Source: a virus. Taken from it: 64,000 bases of DNA. The stretch is taken from IMG/VR virus record IMGVR_UViG_3300037882_003535, positions 7,810-71,809 of that record, one strand, 5' to 3'. The position numbers were made by a program, and so were the translations under genes. The notes beneath the pieces are model-generated. The model made no database searches, was not told the origin of the DNA, and saw only the letters and a list, made by a program, of their open reading frames with translations. Positions 9,711-18,020 of the stretch are shown one piece after another (positions within the stretch are counted from its first letter, which is position 1; every line of letters begins with the position of its first letter).

Positions 9711-10326
9711 AATATTCAGATTGTCGCCTTGTTTTCTGCCCTCGGTGAAGCTTGAGGATTGCGATCGGCTTCCTCGGAAACCTGGGGTGTATTATGCGAT
9801 CGAGCCTAGCAACCCATGGAAGCCGTTGTATATCGGGATGGCGGGGAACATGCGATCGCGGTGGCAAGATCACCACAAATACGATCGACTGGCGCGACGT
9901 GGGGCGGTGCGGTTGCATTACCGACCGACCTTCACTCGCTCCGGTGCTGAATATCTCGAATCCTGCGATATTCGGACTTTTGACCCACCGATGAACGATA
10001 AGTTTGAATCCTGCCCGATCGCTCCAGTGTTCTGGGTGCTCGATCGGATTTGGGACGGGGCGATCGCCTTGGGATTGTTTGGTGTGGGAGCGGTGCTGAT
10101 GTCGGCATTTACTCCATCGAAGTCAGTACCGTCGATCGAAGTGACTCAACTCGCTAATATCCGAAAAACGCCGAATGGCGTGGTGATTTGCGAGGTAAAG
10201 AAGGGCGATCGGTTGCCGCTGGTTTTGGCGTCGGGTGAGACTGAAGTGAAGGCGCGATCGAAGAGTTGGATTCTGGTGAAGGCTTGTGGTGTCAATGGTT
10301 TGATTTTTAAGGAGATGACGAAGTGA
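9703..10326 (+). CDS. GIY-YIG nuclease - TM - SH3b-like fusion
   Basis: PGVYY...LYIGMAGNMRSRW...E...PPMN (GIY-YIG), TM AIALGLFGVGAVLM, then ANIRKTPNG..VKKGD..WILV..G..GLI (SH3b-like). Confidence 0.75.
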   Translation: MSRIFRLSPCFLPSVKLEDCDRLPRKPGVYYAIEPSNPWKPLYIGMAGNMRSRWQDHHKYDRLARRGAVRLHYRPTFTRSGAEYLESCDIRTFDPPMNDKFESCPIAPVFWVLDRIWDGAIALGLFGVGAVLMSAFTPSKSVPSIEVTQLANIRKTPNGVVICEVKKGDRLPLVLASGETEVKARSKSWILVKACGVNGLIFKEMTK

Positions 10327-10589
10327 TTAATCGAATAATCGAAACGGGCAAGATGTCGGCGATCGGGGTGTGGAATTCTCCACCGATCGAACTGTTGACG
10401 GCTGCGGTGGTGGTTCCGGTGACGATCGTAGGCTCCTTTTGGATTCTCCAATGGGTTAGACCTGCAATGATTGTTTTGGGTGTTGTCGCAGGGGTTGTTT
10501 TTGGGGTGACTGCGATCGTTAAGATTATTTATTTATGGAGTTGCGATCGGCGTTATTTCGGTGCTGTGCGAAGAGATTTAAAACAATAA
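10323..10589 (+). CDS. small 2-TM membrane protein
   Basis: 88 aa, two hydrophobic helices. Confidence 0.7.
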   Translation: MINRIIETGKMSAIGVWNSPPIELLTAAVVVPVTIVGSFWILQWVRPAMIVLGVVAGVVFGVTAIVKIIYLWSCDRRYFGAVRRDLKQ

Positions 10590-10590
10590 G

Positions 10591-10923
10591 GTGTTACTTA
10601 TGGCGAAAGGCTTTGAGACTCGAACTGCTCACGATTCTTCTGTCTCCAGTATTTTTCAAATAATCCGACGGGGATGGCGTGACTGTGGTTCCAAGACCTG
10701 CATTGTGCTAATTCCTCGAACGAGCGATCGACTGGTGACGGAGGCGATCGAGATTTTCAAACAGGCTAACCCTGGGTTTGCTGCGGCCATTCAAGATCCG
10801 CCTCCAGGCATTCCCGGACGGATGACGGTTTCTATTTTTGAGATTGGTTCAATGGAACATCGATCGTGGCTGACTCATTCCACGTTTGGGAATACTGCTG
10901 ATATCGTTGATTGGTCGGACTGA
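10591..10923 (+). CDS. hypothetical protein
   Basis: 110 aa, last gene before the terminator. Confidence 0.65.
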   Translation: MLLMAKGFETRTAHDSSVSSIFQIIRRGWRDCGSKTCIVLIPRTSDRLVTEAIEIFKQANPGFAAAIQDPPPGIPGRMTVSIFEIGSMEHRSWLTHSTFGNTADIVDWSD

Positions 10924-10937
10924 TCGGGGCATAAGGT

Positions 10938-10973
10938 AAAAGCGATCGAGTAGAGAAGGCTCGATCGCTTTTT
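10938..10973 (+). terminator. rho-independent terminator
   Basis: AAAAGCGATCGAG-N9-CTCGATCGCTTTTT. Confidence 0.75.
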
Positions 10974-11007
10974 GTTCCATTTGAATTTATTGTGCTATTT
11001 TATACAT

Positions 11008-11081
11008 GGCGGGATAGAGCAGTCTGGTAGCTCGTGAGCCTCATAAGCTTAAGGTCGTAAGTTCAAATCTTACTCCCGCCT
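11008..11081 (+). tRNA. tRNA with anticodon CAT (Met or Ile2), CCA not encoded
   Basis: GGCGGGA/TCCCGCC acceptor, GAGC/GCTC D stem, TGAGC-CTCATAA-GCTTA anticodon arm, GTAAG-TTCAAAT-CTTAC T arm. Confidence 0.92.
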
Positions 11082-11084
11082 CTT

Positions 11085-11675
11085 TTAACCTCGTTGAATT
11101 AGTTGAAAGCCGTGGCCGTCGCGAGTTTTTCTTCCTGTTTTAACGACTCTCGTAATTTGACCACGGGACAAGAACTCTTGCTTCTCCGCCTGTCTAAGGC
11201 TGTCGTAAACATTGCCTGTTCGATCGCTCCGAATTTTAAACCGTACTCCACGAGTCCGATCGGGCTGTGCTTCAATTTGGCGTAGGACTGGTTTGGGTAG
11301 CAAGAAAGACAGGCGATCGATCGAAATATCCTTCAACCATTCGGGATGACGAGTGGCGAAAGTCACGAAATTTCGTTCAAGGATTCGATGGTGGCGCTTC
11401 CCTTTCCGTCGTTTGGTTTTGAGTAACCCACGGCCAATCCAGTCGTGAACCCGATCGCGATCGCATCCCAAGATTTGGGCTAGTCCAGTGCAGTTCCATC
11501 CGCCATCGATCGCAACCCGGCTTAAGCCCAGTCGCTTGACCTTCGTGAGAATTGCGTCATGAACCCGATCGGGCCATCGGCTACGAAACCAATTAATTAC
11601 CTCGTCAATCTCATCCTCACCCACATGCTCTTGAAGGAACTCTATTTCCTCCGCCGTCCAAGTCCGCGATCGCAT
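11085..11675 (-). CDS. multi-domain DNA-binding protein (Myb-like + HTH + NUMOD1-like)
   Basis: RTWTAEEIEFL, LAQILGCDRDRVHDWIGRG, GNVYDSLRQAEK..G.FQ. Confidence 0.7.
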   Translation of the reverse strand: MRSRTWTAEEIEFLQEHVGEDEIDEVINWFRSRWPDRVHDAILTKVKRLGLSRVAIDGGWNCTGLAQILGCDRDRVHDWIGRGLLKTKRRKGKRHHRILERNFVTFATRHPEWLKDISIDRLSFLLPKPVLRQIEAQPDRTRGVRFKIRSDRTGNVYDSLRQAEKQEFLSRGQITRVVKTGRKTRDGHGFQLIQRG

Positions 11676-11710
11676 AACATCAATTCTCCTCAATATTGTT
11701 TGAATCCATT

Positions 11711-11744
11711 AACCTGGACACCTCCAAAATGAAGTGTCCAGGTT
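11711..11744. terminator. intergenic hairpin
   Basis: AACCTGGACAC-N12-GTGTCCAGGTT. Confidence 0.5.
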
Positions 11745-11752
11745 GCTAGGCT

Positions 11753-12334
11753 TTACTGTCCAGGTGTGTCGTGAAGCTCTGCGATCGAGATGTCTAAACC
11801 CAGTCTGACCAAACCTAGAGCCATCCGATCTCGTCCCACCTGTGCCGCCTGATTGCCGACCATGGTCAGGTGATCAACCCATGTCCCAAACCGCCATTCC
11901 AAAATCGTTAGCTCTGCTCCAATCCTCCAAAGGGCTTTCGACTGAAGGGCATCTGTCACCCAATGGTAGACAGCGGTTTTGTCTCGGTTATCCCATGCCC
12001 ACGCTCCAATTTTACCGATCGTAAATAGGGTAAAGACGATTGAAAACATCAGCACACGTAAAACACTTCGATAAATACCGATCGCTGTTTCACTCACCAA
12101 TGCAGCGACAACCAACGAACCCACCGCCAAAACTGCCGTCTCTAATTGCTCCGATGCCTTTTCTGCTGCAATCTCCGCGTCCTTGGCAGTGGCGATGGTT
12201 TCCGCTTGCACTTCCAGAAAGGATTCGATCGCGGACTGCCAGTCCCGCGCAACCTTGTTTCTCCCGTTTTCTGCCAGGACTTTGATATCGTTGGCGGCGC
12301 AAAAGTCTTTCATTTCGCTGATTTCGTAGGTCAT
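11753..12334 (-). CDS. membrane-associated hypothetical protein
   Basis: 193 aa from ATG 12334; two hydrophobic segments. Confidence 0.65.
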   Translation of the reverse strand: MTYEISEMKDFCAANDIKVLAENGRNKVARDWQSAIESFLEVQAETIATAKDAEIAAEKASEQLETAVLAVGSLVVAALVSETAIGIYRSVLRVLMFSIVFTLFTIGKIGAWAWDNRDKTAVYHWVTDALQSKALWRIGAELTILEWRFGTWVDHLTMVGNQAAQVGRDRMALGLVRLGLDISIAELHDTPGQ

Positions 12335-12485
12335 GATAATTCTCAAAAAGGTTTGCTTCACTCCGTCTTGCAGGGCTTGTGACCTTCGATCGCGATTGAA
12401 AGGGTGGCGATCGGCGACGTTAAAGCATTTGAACATCTATGTTCACTCAGAGCGTTTTAGGGCACCGCCGACCCGCTTGAATAAT

Positions 12486-12590
12486 ATATTATTGCTTTTG
12501 AATTGATCTGTCAATTAATTATGTAAATTAATTAAGTCGATCTATTCGTGTAAAACAATTATTGACAGGATCGATCGGTTTCTGTAGGAT
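12486..12590. promoter_or_regulatory. divergent sigma70 promoters
   Basis: minus TTGACA(12514-12509)-17-TAATAT; plus TTGACA(12562)-17-TAGGAT. Confidence 0.65.
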
Positions 12591-12615
12591 GGTTGTGTTG
12601 TCTAGAGTTGGTGCT

Positions 12616-12942
12616 ATGCCGAAAGGAGTTCCTACAAGAATTGCAGAGTTATCCCCCAAAGCTCAGACTTGGTATGAGGCTCTTGAAGATAAGTCCGGTA
12701 CCGTTGCTGGATTAATTGAGTTGGCGGCGGCGGATGACTGGTTGTCTCTGCGGATCGTTGCTGCGTTAGAGCGGATGGAGCCTCCCGATCGTGGGAAGGC
12801 TGGGCGAAAGGTCAAAGTGTCGGACGATCGGCTTCGAGAGCTGGTTGCTAAAGGACTTTCCCCCATGGCGATCGGTCTTGAGGTTGGCTTGGGTCAGGCG
12901 CAGACGGTTAGACGGTTGAAAAAATTGAAAATAGAGAGTTGA
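12616..12942 (+). CDS. HTH DNA-binding protein
   Basis: C-terminal LRELVAKGLSPMAIGLEVGLGQAQTVRRLKK. Confidence 0.7.
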   Translation: MPKGVPTRIAELSPKAQTWYEALEDKSGTVAGLIELAAADDWLSLRIVAALERMEPPDRGKAGRKVKVSDDRLRELVAKGLSPMAIGLEVGLGQAQTVRRLKKLKIES

Positions 12943-12945
12943 TTA

Positions 12946-13260
12946 ATGGAAAAAGATACTTATTACCATAGCCATATGGGGCGGGAAGTGAAGTATGGCG
13001 GGCCGTTCGATCGGCTCCCGACTGAACTTCAGAAGCGCTTTATCGATGTCTTTTATGATGGCCTGTATGATGCGTCGGCTGGGGCTGTTGCTCACGCCGC
13101 TAGCGGCTCTGAGGAACATATGATTCGGCAACTTGTTCGGGTCTTGGAGTTTGCGGATAATCCAGCAGCAATGCAGGTTATTTCCGATGTTGTCGAGGAA
13201 TTGGAAGAGCAAGAAAATAAACGGAGGCGCGATGAGTCGCGATCGGGAAACCCTAATTGA
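12946..13260 (+). CDS. hypothetical protein
   Basis: 104 aa, in operon. Confidence 0.7.
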   Translation: MEKDTYYHSHMGREVKYGGPFDRLPTELQKRFIDVFYDGLYDASAGAVAHAASGSEEHMIRQLVRVLEFADNPAAMQVISDVVEELEEQENKRRRDESRSGNPN

Positions 13261-13450
13261 AACATTGATCGAGAACTCTCTCGATCGAATAGATACATAT
13301 TCTTCTGATCCTGTATCTGAAACGATGAAGGAGGCACACATACAGCGGTTGCGATCGTTGTTCTCTGAGCGGACGCTTAAGCAGTTGATTGGAATGGTGG
13401 AAAAAGATTCTGCGCGGAAATCCAATCCCTGCGATCGGGCATCCTCTTAA
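13232..13450 (+). CDS. hypothetical small protein
   Basis: GGAGG RBS, ATG 13232, 72 aa. Confidence 0.55.
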   Translation: MSRDRETLIETLIENSLDRIDTYSSDPVSETMKEAHIQRLRSLFSERTLKQLIGMVEKDSARKSNPCDRASS

Positions 13451-13464
13451 AAACCGATCGCACC

Positions 13465-13635
13465 ATGAACACAGATAAAATCACCACACTTTCAGGCGGA
13501 CTCATCGGGGTCTGCCTTTTGCTTGAGGCGTTCAATGTTCTGAGCAGTAGCCAGTCAAACGCATTCCGGACGGCTACACCCATGATCGTGATGGCGATCG
13601 GGGCGATGATGCAGGGCTACTGGACTAACAAGTGA
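13465..13635 (+). CDS. putative holin-like 2-TM protein (56 aa)
   Basis: manual translation MNTDKITTLSGGLIGVCLLLEAF...IVMAIGAMMQGYWTNK; preceded by a late-type GGGCATCCT box. Confidence 0.6.
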   Translation: MNTDKITTLSGGLIGVCLLLEAFNVLSSSQSNAFRTATPMIVMAIGAMMQGYWTNK

Positions 13636-13646
13636 TTAAACGTCAA

Positions 13647-13672
13647 CAGCCGCTCTATTTCTAGAGCGGCTG
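13647..13672. terminator. hairpin between convergent transcripts
   Basis: CAGCCGCTCTA-TTTC-TAGAGCGGCTG. Confidence 0.65.
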
Positions 13673-13927
13673 CCAGTGAAATCGTTCCCATTTAAGGCGG
13701 TGATATTTTCCGATCGGATAAAGCGTCGATGTATCGCTAGGAGTTTGTTCAGGGTCTCGCCTGGGACCAGTTATAACGCCACTCCGAGCGTCTAAGACTT
13801 GTTGATAACGCAGAACTTAGAATTAACTGCGACTTCACTTGGGATGCGTCAGGCATGGCTCCTCGCCAGTCTCCGTTCTTTTAATCGAACATCGAATCCT
13901 GCTTTCGTTCCGTCTCGCCCCATCCAT
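13647..13927 (-). ncRNA. candidate ~280-nt non-coding RNA
   Basis: TAGACA-17-TATAAT promoter (13962-13934) and hairpin terminator; the ATG ORFs I translated are at most 35 aa. Confidence 0.4.
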
Positions 13928-13995
13928 ATTCTTATTATAACCGATCGCCCTCCATCTGTCTACATAATTGTGTAAATTAATTAGGTTTATTTTTT

Positions 13996-14433
13996 GTGGC
14001 AACCGATCGCGAACTAGCTAAAGAGGCTTACACGAGCAACCCGAACATCACTTACGGGCAGATTGCCAAACGCTTTAAAGTTCACGAGCGGACGATTAAG
14101 CGGTGGGCTACGGCGGATAATTGGCAGGGTGAGCGCAAGGTGGTGGCGTTGGTTGATACTCCAGCGGCTCCCGTTCGATCGGTTTCGGGTGAGATTATTG
14201 CGATCGATATCATTGACGCGACGATTAAGGATTTGCAGGGTGAGATGGCTGCGGGTATTCAGGCGAGGGATAAGGCGGCGATCGCGGGGAAGCTGCGGGA
14301 TTTGTTGGTGTACCGAGAGCAGTTACTTCCGCCTACGTTGCCTGATTTGGTGGAGAAGTTAGTGGCTGATTTGGTGCGGTTGGATGTGGATATTGTTGAG
14401 TTTGTGGCGGAGCTGAAGGCCAAATGGAAATAA
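13996..14433 (+). CDS. terS: terminase small subunit
   Basis: N-terminal HTH ITYGQIAKRFKVHERTIKRWATADNW; located upstream of the large subunit. Confidence 0.75.
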   Translation: MATDRELAKEAYTSNPNITYGQIAKRFKVHERTIKRWATADNWQGERKVVALVDTPAAPVRSVSGEIIAIDIIDATIKDLQGEMAAGIQARDKAAIAGKLRDLLVYREQLLPPTLPDLVEKLVADLVRLDVDIVEFVAELKAKWK

Positions 14434-14474
14434 GGGACGATCGTGGTGTGCGATCGTCCCTTATTTCCATTTGG
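14420..14474. terminator. perfect 24-bp-arm inverted repeat at the end of terS
   Basis: CCAAATGGAAATAAGGGACGATCG-N7-CGATCGTCCCTTATTTCCATTTGG. Confidence 0.65.
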
Positions 14475-14491
14475 ACACTATTCCTTAAGTC

Positions 14492-15013
14492 TCAAACTCT
14501 TTTCTCCCAATATAAATACGTGTTGCCTTTATGCTGTCGAATCTTTAAGCAAAATAAAAGACTGTCTGTACAATTTTCGCAAGTGAATTTAATCCCTATA
14601 GACGGTACTTCATCGTTTCCTGCAACCTCCTTGGCACTCCACAAAGGAAGTTCACTATGGTGCAAAAGATTTTCTTCGCAATTAGGGCACTTTAGAAGCG
14701 AACCGTATCCAGGTTCAAACGGATTTAGATCGACTCTATAAACATGAATAGATAGGTCAAAATAAATTGAATGCTCAAATTCACCCCCTGCTTCAAGCGT
14801 TACAGATCCATACTGAAGAGCCAAAGATTTTGCGATGGCTTTTTCATCTGATGTTAGATCGTTTGAAAAAAAAGAATTCAAAGCATCTTCTAAGCAAGCA
14901 TTAAAATTCAAATCGCTCGTATACCCAGACCCTCTACCAGGGCGATAAACCCATCCAAACTCCTCATATATTTTGTAATTTGGTTTCTTGACTGGTGTGC
15001 TAAATAATGCCAC
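14492..15013 (-). CDS. hypothetical protein with a C-terminal Zn-ribbon (CPNC...CENC)
   Basis: 173 aa, AT-rich moron, GGAG RBS. Confidence 0.7.
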   Translation of the reverse strand: MALFSTPVKKPNYKIYEEFGWVYRPGRGSGYTSDLNFNACLEDALNSFFSNDLTSDEKAIAKSLALQYGSVTLEAGGEFEHSIYFDLSIHVYRVDLNPFEPGYGSLLKCPNCEENLLHHSELPLWSAKEVAGNDEVPSIGIKFTCENCTDSLLFCLKIRQHKGNTYLYWEKRV

Positions 15014-15022
15014 TTTACTCTC

Positions 15023-15277
15023 CTAAATATTTTCAATTTCTTCGATCGCTTTCATCGCCTTCAGAAGCGATCGTTTCACCGTGGCCACATTCGCTTTAAT
15101 CACCATGTCTGGTGTGCGATCGCCCAAAGGAATCTCTCCGTCTGCGATCGCCCTGATTAGCTCGGATACGTTTGGCTTGTCTCCCCATAGAAACCCGTGC
15201 TTGATTGCAAGGGCTTCGAGTAACGCCTTACGATCGGGAGTGCAGGCGATCGTAAGGGCTTCTTTCTTTCGAGTCAT
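15023..15277 (-). CDS. ribbon-helix-helix regulator resembling the N-domain of cyanobacterial WYL proteins
   Basis: MTRKKEALTIA...LEALAIKHGFLWGDKPNVSELIRAIA. Confidence 0.65.
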   Translation of the reverse strand: MTRKKEALTIACTPDRKALLEALAIKHGFLWGDKPNVSELIRAIADGEIPLGDRTPDMVIKANVATVKRSLLKAMKAIEEIENI

Positions 15278-15498
15278 TCGTCGTTGTCCTCGGTGTAGAT
15301 CTCCCAGCACTTCTCGGACTCGGAATACAGCAGAAACTCAATCCGATCATTGAAGCGAATTCCAAATCCATCATCAGACGACCGATTTACATCAACATCT
15401 TCAAGATAGTGAAACATGGAATATCCATGTTCTTCCGCAGTTCCGTCTGCTATATGCCGTTGAATTAATTCGAGTGCTTTTTCTGCTTGAGATTCCAT
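15274..15498 (-). CDS. small acidic hypothetical protein
   Basis: 74 aa, ATGA coupled to the RHH gene. Confidence 0.65.
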   Translation of the reverse strand: MESQAEKALELIQRHIADGTAEEHGYSMFHYLEDVDVNRSSDDGFGIRFNDRIEFLLYSESEKCWEIYTEDNDE

Positions 15499-15525
15499 TG
15501 CTTGTTACCGCTTTCTACATCTCCT

Positions 15526-15580
15526 AGAATATCAAAAGTGTACGGACATGTCAACCCGTAAATCGAATCAATTTACGGAC
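15526..15580 (-). promoter_or_regulatory. sigma70 promoter with adjacent operator
   Basis: TTGACA-17-TATTCT with extended TG; inverted repeat CCGTAAAT-N7-ATTTACGG at 15556-15578. Confidence 0.65.
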
Positions 15581-15629
15581 GCTCTGAACGATCGGGAATT
15601 CTCCAAAAAACGATCGGTGAGAATGTCCG

Positions 15630-17567
15630 GTGCGAATTAATGATGTCGATCGATTGATTGGGGAACTAGAGAAAGCGTTTGATTTGGCAGATGAGAGCGA
15701 TAGTAAGCCTGCGCTGCGATCGGCTTATATTGCGGATGTGATGGCGAATGGGGGAAAGGGTTTTTTAGAGCGTGTGCGGCGGTATGGGGCGACGGATAAG
15801 GGTGAACCGTTGCGGATGCCTCAATGGTTTTGTGAGTTGCTGGAGTTGTTGGGCGATTTTCGGATTCCGCATGTCCTGACTACGGGTTGTAGCCAATTGG
15901 GGAAGACACAATCGAACACTCTACTGCTAACGGATTTAGTCGTTCATGGGAAATTGAATAGCGCGTGGTTTTATGCGAGCCGATCGAGTCGAGATCTGAA
16001 TGTCCCGGAACAGTTTTACCCGGTGGTAAGCGAATGGCTCGATCGGTTGTCTACGGAGGTTGGCTCTTGCCTGGGGGCGGAGGCCGATCGGCAAAATATG
16101 TCGCGATACCAGATTGACGGGACGACGGCGATTTTTAGCTATGCCAACACCTCCAAGCCAACCCCTAGTCGATCGGGTTTGGCGTCGGCGGGTGGAGCTG
16201 CGGTGTCATTTACGGCGAATGTGAATTTCTATGAGGAACGATCGCAGTGGATTCCGGGAACGGCTGATCCGTTGATTCGGCGGTTGGATGCGTCATTGGT
16301 GCCGACTCGCCCCATTCGTGAACTGGGAACGCCGGGGGCAGGACAGGGTATTGAGGTGGAGGTCGATCGGGCTTCGCGGTGGTTTTATCCGCATTTTGAA
16401 TGCGAACACTGTGGTGAAGTGCAACCGCTTGACCCCAAGGGATGCCTCCTGAAGCGCTTCGATCGGCGGGATGTTACCGGAAAGACGATCGCGGGGTATT
16501 TCTCGGTTTCAGGCCGTCCCCATGAGTGGCACCATACGAATCCCAATGACCTGATCGAATCGGCTTATTTTGGATGCGCTCATTGTGGGACGAAGATTTC
16601 GGATGAGGTGCGCGATCGATCGTGGATGCAATGCCGGAAAACTGGGGTAACGCTGCGAAATTTCCTAGATTATTTCCCCGGCGACGACGGACGGATGAAG
16701 GTTGCGATCCATTTGTCGCCGCTGTGCCGCATGACACAAAACAATCTTGCTGCGGAATTGATTCGGGGTGGCATCGAGGCACTGAGACCGGAGGATTGGC
16801 AACAGCAGGGCTTGGGGCATCCGTCCGAAACCTCGACTACGAGTGTTTCGATCGACATGATTAAAGCCTCGATCGCTGCGACGGCTCCCGATCGCAAACC
16901 CACGGTGACGATCGCGGGTGTAGACAAAGGGCGTGGTGAGGATTGGTTATGGATTATGGACGTGCATTTTCCCGAGAATTGGGATCGGATGCCTGTGTCT
17001 GAGGCGATCGAGCAGGCGATTCGGGTGGTGAAGTTCGGGGCGGATGTGGTCCGATCGAGTATTCCTGAGTTGCTCGATCGGTATGGCGTTGGGTATGGGT
17101 TGATTGATAACGAACCCGATCGGGCTGATGCGTCGGCGCTCTGTGGGCGAACGGTGTTGGAGATGGCCAACCAGGTAGGCGGGCTGAAGGATGTGACGGC
17201 GAAGACGATCGTTAAAGACGGCGGAATTGAATACCCATGCTGGAACCTCCGAAATGAGAAGTTTTTGAAACAGGTTTTGACGAATTTCACCACGGTTTCA
17301 GAACTCGACCACCTCCCGCTCTATCGACTGCCTGATGAGTGGGATAAGTGGATTGGGGTGCAGACTGAACGATCGCCCGTGCGACATCTCACGGGGCCAT
17401 CCTGCGACCCGGACACAGGCACCTGGAAGCGTGGGGCGGGAAACATTGACGACCTGTATTATGCGGCATTATTTGCGGAGGCGGCATTGTATTTGTGGGT
17501 TCTGAATAAGCCTTTTGTCCAGTTCTCATTCAAGTCGGCTGGGCGACGCGAGACGACACGATTTTAA
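15630..17567 (+). CDS. terL: terminase large subunit (GpA-like)
   Basis: Walker A GCSQLGKT, FYEE, GTP, CxxC pairs (CEHC, CAHC), nuclease AGVDKG and DDLYYA. Confidence 0.85.
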   Translation: MRINDVDRLIGELEKAFDLADESDSKPALRSAYIADVMANGGKGFLERVRRYGATDKGEPLRMPQWFCELLELLGDFRIPHVLTTGCSQLGKTQSNTLLLTDLVVHGKLNSAWFYASRSSRDLNVPEQFYPVVSEWLDRLSTEVGSCLGAEADRQNMSRYQIDGTTAIFSYANTSKPTPSRSGLASAGGAAVSFTANVNFYEERSQWIPGTADPLIRRLDASLVPTRPIRELGTPGAGQGIEVEVDRASRWFYPHFECEHCGEVQPLDPKGCLLKRFDRRDVTGKTIAGYFSVSGRPHEWHHTNPNDLIESAYFGCAHCGTKISDEVRDRSWMQCRKTGVTLRNFLDYFPGDDGRMKVAIHLSPLCRMTQNNLAAELIRGGIEALRPEDWQQQGLGHPSETSTTSVSIDMIKASIAATAPDRKPTVTIAGVDKGRGEDWLWIMDVHFPENWDRMPVSEAIEQAIRVVKFGADVVRSSIPELLDRYGVGYGLIDNEPDRADASALCGRTVLEMANQVGGLKDVTAKTIVKDGGIEYPCWNLRNEKFLKQVLTNFTTVSELDHLPLYRLPDEWDKWIGVQTERSPVRHLTGPSCDPDTGTWKRGAGNIDDLYYAALFAEAALYLWVLNKPFVQFSFKSAGRRETTRF

Positions 17568-17594
17568 GGATTTCTGTAAAACCTGAAATAATGA

Positions 17595-17630
17595 AACAGC
17601 CGATCGGAGGGTATCTGCCGATCGGCTGTT
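17595..17630. terminator. HIP1-based hairpin between convergent genes
   Basis: AACAGCCGATCGG-N10-CCGATCGGCTGTT. Confidence 0.65.
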
Positions 17631-17684
17631 GTGTGTTCCCTGTTGATTTCTCGGCTAAAGAAACTCTGGTGAAATAATAGCACT

Positions 17685-18020
17685 TCAGTCGATCGAAAGT
17701 AAGGCTGTTGCCTTCGATATTGCACTCCGAAGCTTCTGATTTTCGATTGCTAGGCGCTGACACTCGATCGTTAGTCGATCGTTTTCGGATTGAAGTCGAT
17801 CGACGCTAATTGTAGCTTTGTCCAGTTCTTGGGGCCTGAATTTATTGACGAGTTGCAGGCGGTTTTTGAGGTTGCATTTTTGCAACATGTGGTGAACATG
17901 AGTTTCAACTGTCCGTTGCGTGATATGCAATTTGAGTGAAATATCGGAGTTTGAAAGCCCGTCAGAGAGAAGCCTCAAGACTCGTTTTTCTGCGGGTGAG
18001 ATTTCGTCAGGGTTTTTCAC
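17685..18020 (-). CDS. LuxR/GerE-type HTH + coiled-coil regulator
   Basis: ISPAEKRVLRLLSDGLSNSDISLKLHITQRTVETHVHHMLQK; start uncertain. Confidence 0.8.
   Translation of the reverse strand: MKNPDEISPAEKRVLRLLSDGLSNSDISLKLHITQRTVETHVHHMLQKCNLKNRLQLVNKFRPQELDKATISVDRLQSENDRLTIECQRLAIENQKLRSAISKATALLSID

Noticed and set aside
13647-13927. tmRNA
   Set aside because: The 5' GGGGCG..GGATTCGA resemblance is weak, and no 3' T-arm/acceptor end or tag frame was found
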